DNA of 32,000 nucleotides, taken from the NCBI GenBank assembly GCA_032154105.1, contig JALDYI010000003.1, positions 52,520-84,519 of the forward strand, written 5' to 3'. This DNA comes from Candidatus Saccharimonadota bacterium. GTDB lineage: Bacteria; Patescibacteriota; Saccharimonadia; Saccharimonadales; Saccharimonadaceae. A model generated the notes under the pieces. That model had not been told where the DNA came from, made no database searches, and saw nothing but the letters and a program-made list of their open reading frames with translations. Of the stretch, positions 31,290 through 32,000 are shown piece after piece. The position numbers and the translations under genes were made by a program. How positions within the stretch are numbered: position 1 is the first letter of the stretch; each line of letters begins with the position of its first letter.

Positions 31290-31308
31290 TCCTATCTAGT
31301 ATACGATA

Positions 31309-31337
31309 TTGCAATTTCCTTACAATTATGCTATAAT
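31309..31337 (+). promoter_or_regulatory. Near-consensus sigma70-type promoter for the lipoprotein gene
   Basis: TTGCAA (31309-31314), a 17-nt spacer, then TATAAT (31332-31337). Confidence 0.55.
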
Positions 31338-31385
31338 AAATATAGTGGTACATAGTGTACTGTTCGTTAATAGAAAGGTAAAGTG

Positions 31386-32000
31386 ATGAAACGCTTTGCA
31401 TGGCTTACTGCCCTTGCAGCTTGCCTCGTTGTTCTAGCTGGATGCAGTATCCCTACGTCGCAACCAGTCGCAACCGCTACACATCAAGCGACCAGTAACG
31501 GGATCGCTTACGCAACGCCCACAGCAACAGCGACTCAAACCGTCGACGCCCACCAGGCAATCGGTGAACTGAACGGCATTATCGTGGAGGGCAACATCAT
31601 AAAGTGCGACCCAACACTGATCTCAGTCCCGGTTGGACTAACCGACAACATTGTCGAGGGACTGAACGGCGCGCGCGAATGGAATGGAACTCTCATTGAG
31701 AGTGCCACCATTTTCGACGAATACAGCCCTTCGACCGCGGCAGGCTCAAGTATCACGGTAAGCCATGCACCCCTCTCAATCAAATCGGGTATCTTCCACT
31801 TCGCACACGGAACAGATCCAACGAGTGGCAAAACATACCCTCTACCCGGCACAAAGGACTCGGCATTCAACATACCAAATGAATGGCAAGGAAGCGGTAC
31901 CTTAAGGCTCCTGGAACGTAACTTTTCAGCACCTTGGGTAAGTCCGCACCAGCCCTTCTATATTGAGCTGTGTGTCGGGCCCCGTGGCCTTGCGAACTAA
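31386..32000 (+). CDS. Putative lipoprotein
   Basis: Signal peptide with a lipobox: MKRFAWLTALAACLVVLAG|CS. GTG 31383 or ATG 31386 could be the start, and AAAGGTAAA lies upstream. The stop TAA at 31998-32000 falls exactly at the window end. Confidence 0.7.
   Translation: MKRFAWLTALAACLVVLAGCSIPTSQPVATATHQATSNGIAYATPTATATQTVDAHQAIGELNGIIVEGNIIKCDPTLISVPVGLTDNIVEGLNGAREWNGTLIESATIFDEYSPSTAAGSSITVSHAPLSIKSGIFHFAHGTDPTSGKTYPLPGTKDSAFNIPNEWQGSGTLRLLERNFSAPWVSPHQPFYIELCVGPRGLAN

Noticed and set aside
1-32000. An alternative genetic code (TGA recoded, as in some CPR lineages).
   Set aside because: TGA ends well-supported ORFs (1001-1003, 5004-5006). All conserved genes (pnp, ftsK, rnj, efp) are full length under the standard code without in-frame TGA.
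1-32000. CRISPR arrays, transposases or integrases, prophage genes, and rRNA or tRNA genes.
   Set aside because: I saw no regularly spaced direct repeats, no recombinase or transposase motifs in any ORF, and no rRNA- or tRNA-like sequence. The only multi-copy element is the pilin N-terminal coding block.

Overview
This is a gene-dense chromosomal segment, transcribed mostly from the minus strand, from a small-genome bacterium that uses the standard code (TGA is a stop at 1001-1003 and 5004-5006). My best guess at the source is a Candidatus Saccharibacteria (TM7)/CPR-like organism. That guess is an inference from several traits: many type IV pilins with an invariant GFTIVELLIVIVIIGILAAIT helix, paired RNase J genes, compact overlapping genes, disordered tails on housekeeping proteins, and roughly 45-50% GC.

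Housekeeping genes I recognise are tlyA, efp, rpsF-ssb-rpsR, ftsK, two rnj paralogs flanking a family-4 UDG, pnp, rpsO, cdsA, plsY, truB, rpsT and holA. Accessory content:
- Four tandem type IV prepilin genes (5079-7181).
- A fifth pilin fused to a LamG lectin-like domain, followed by a FusB/FBP-like zinc-finger protein.
- NUDIX, ASCH and ABC-2 transporter genes wedged between rpsO and pnp.
- A SemiSWEET-like PQ-loop protein.
- An overlapping three-gene operon (membrane protein, UbiA prenyltransferase, DedA/YqaA-like protein).
- A PIG-L deacetylase.
- A DHH-fold protein with degenerate catalytic motifs and a roughly 350-aa disordered tail.
- A single 59% GC orphan gene.
- A 328-aa acidic orphan between holA and rpsT.

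I found no rRNA, tRNA, CRISPR array, transposase or integrase, and I cannot point to a clear novel multi-gene system. The most promising leads are the pilin/adhesin loci, the degenerate DHH protein, the UbiA-DedA operon, the GC-rich orphan, and a recurrent leaderless-promoter architecture (a TATACT -10 hexamer 6-10 nt upstream of the ATG). All domain calls come from reading motifs by eye; no searches were run.
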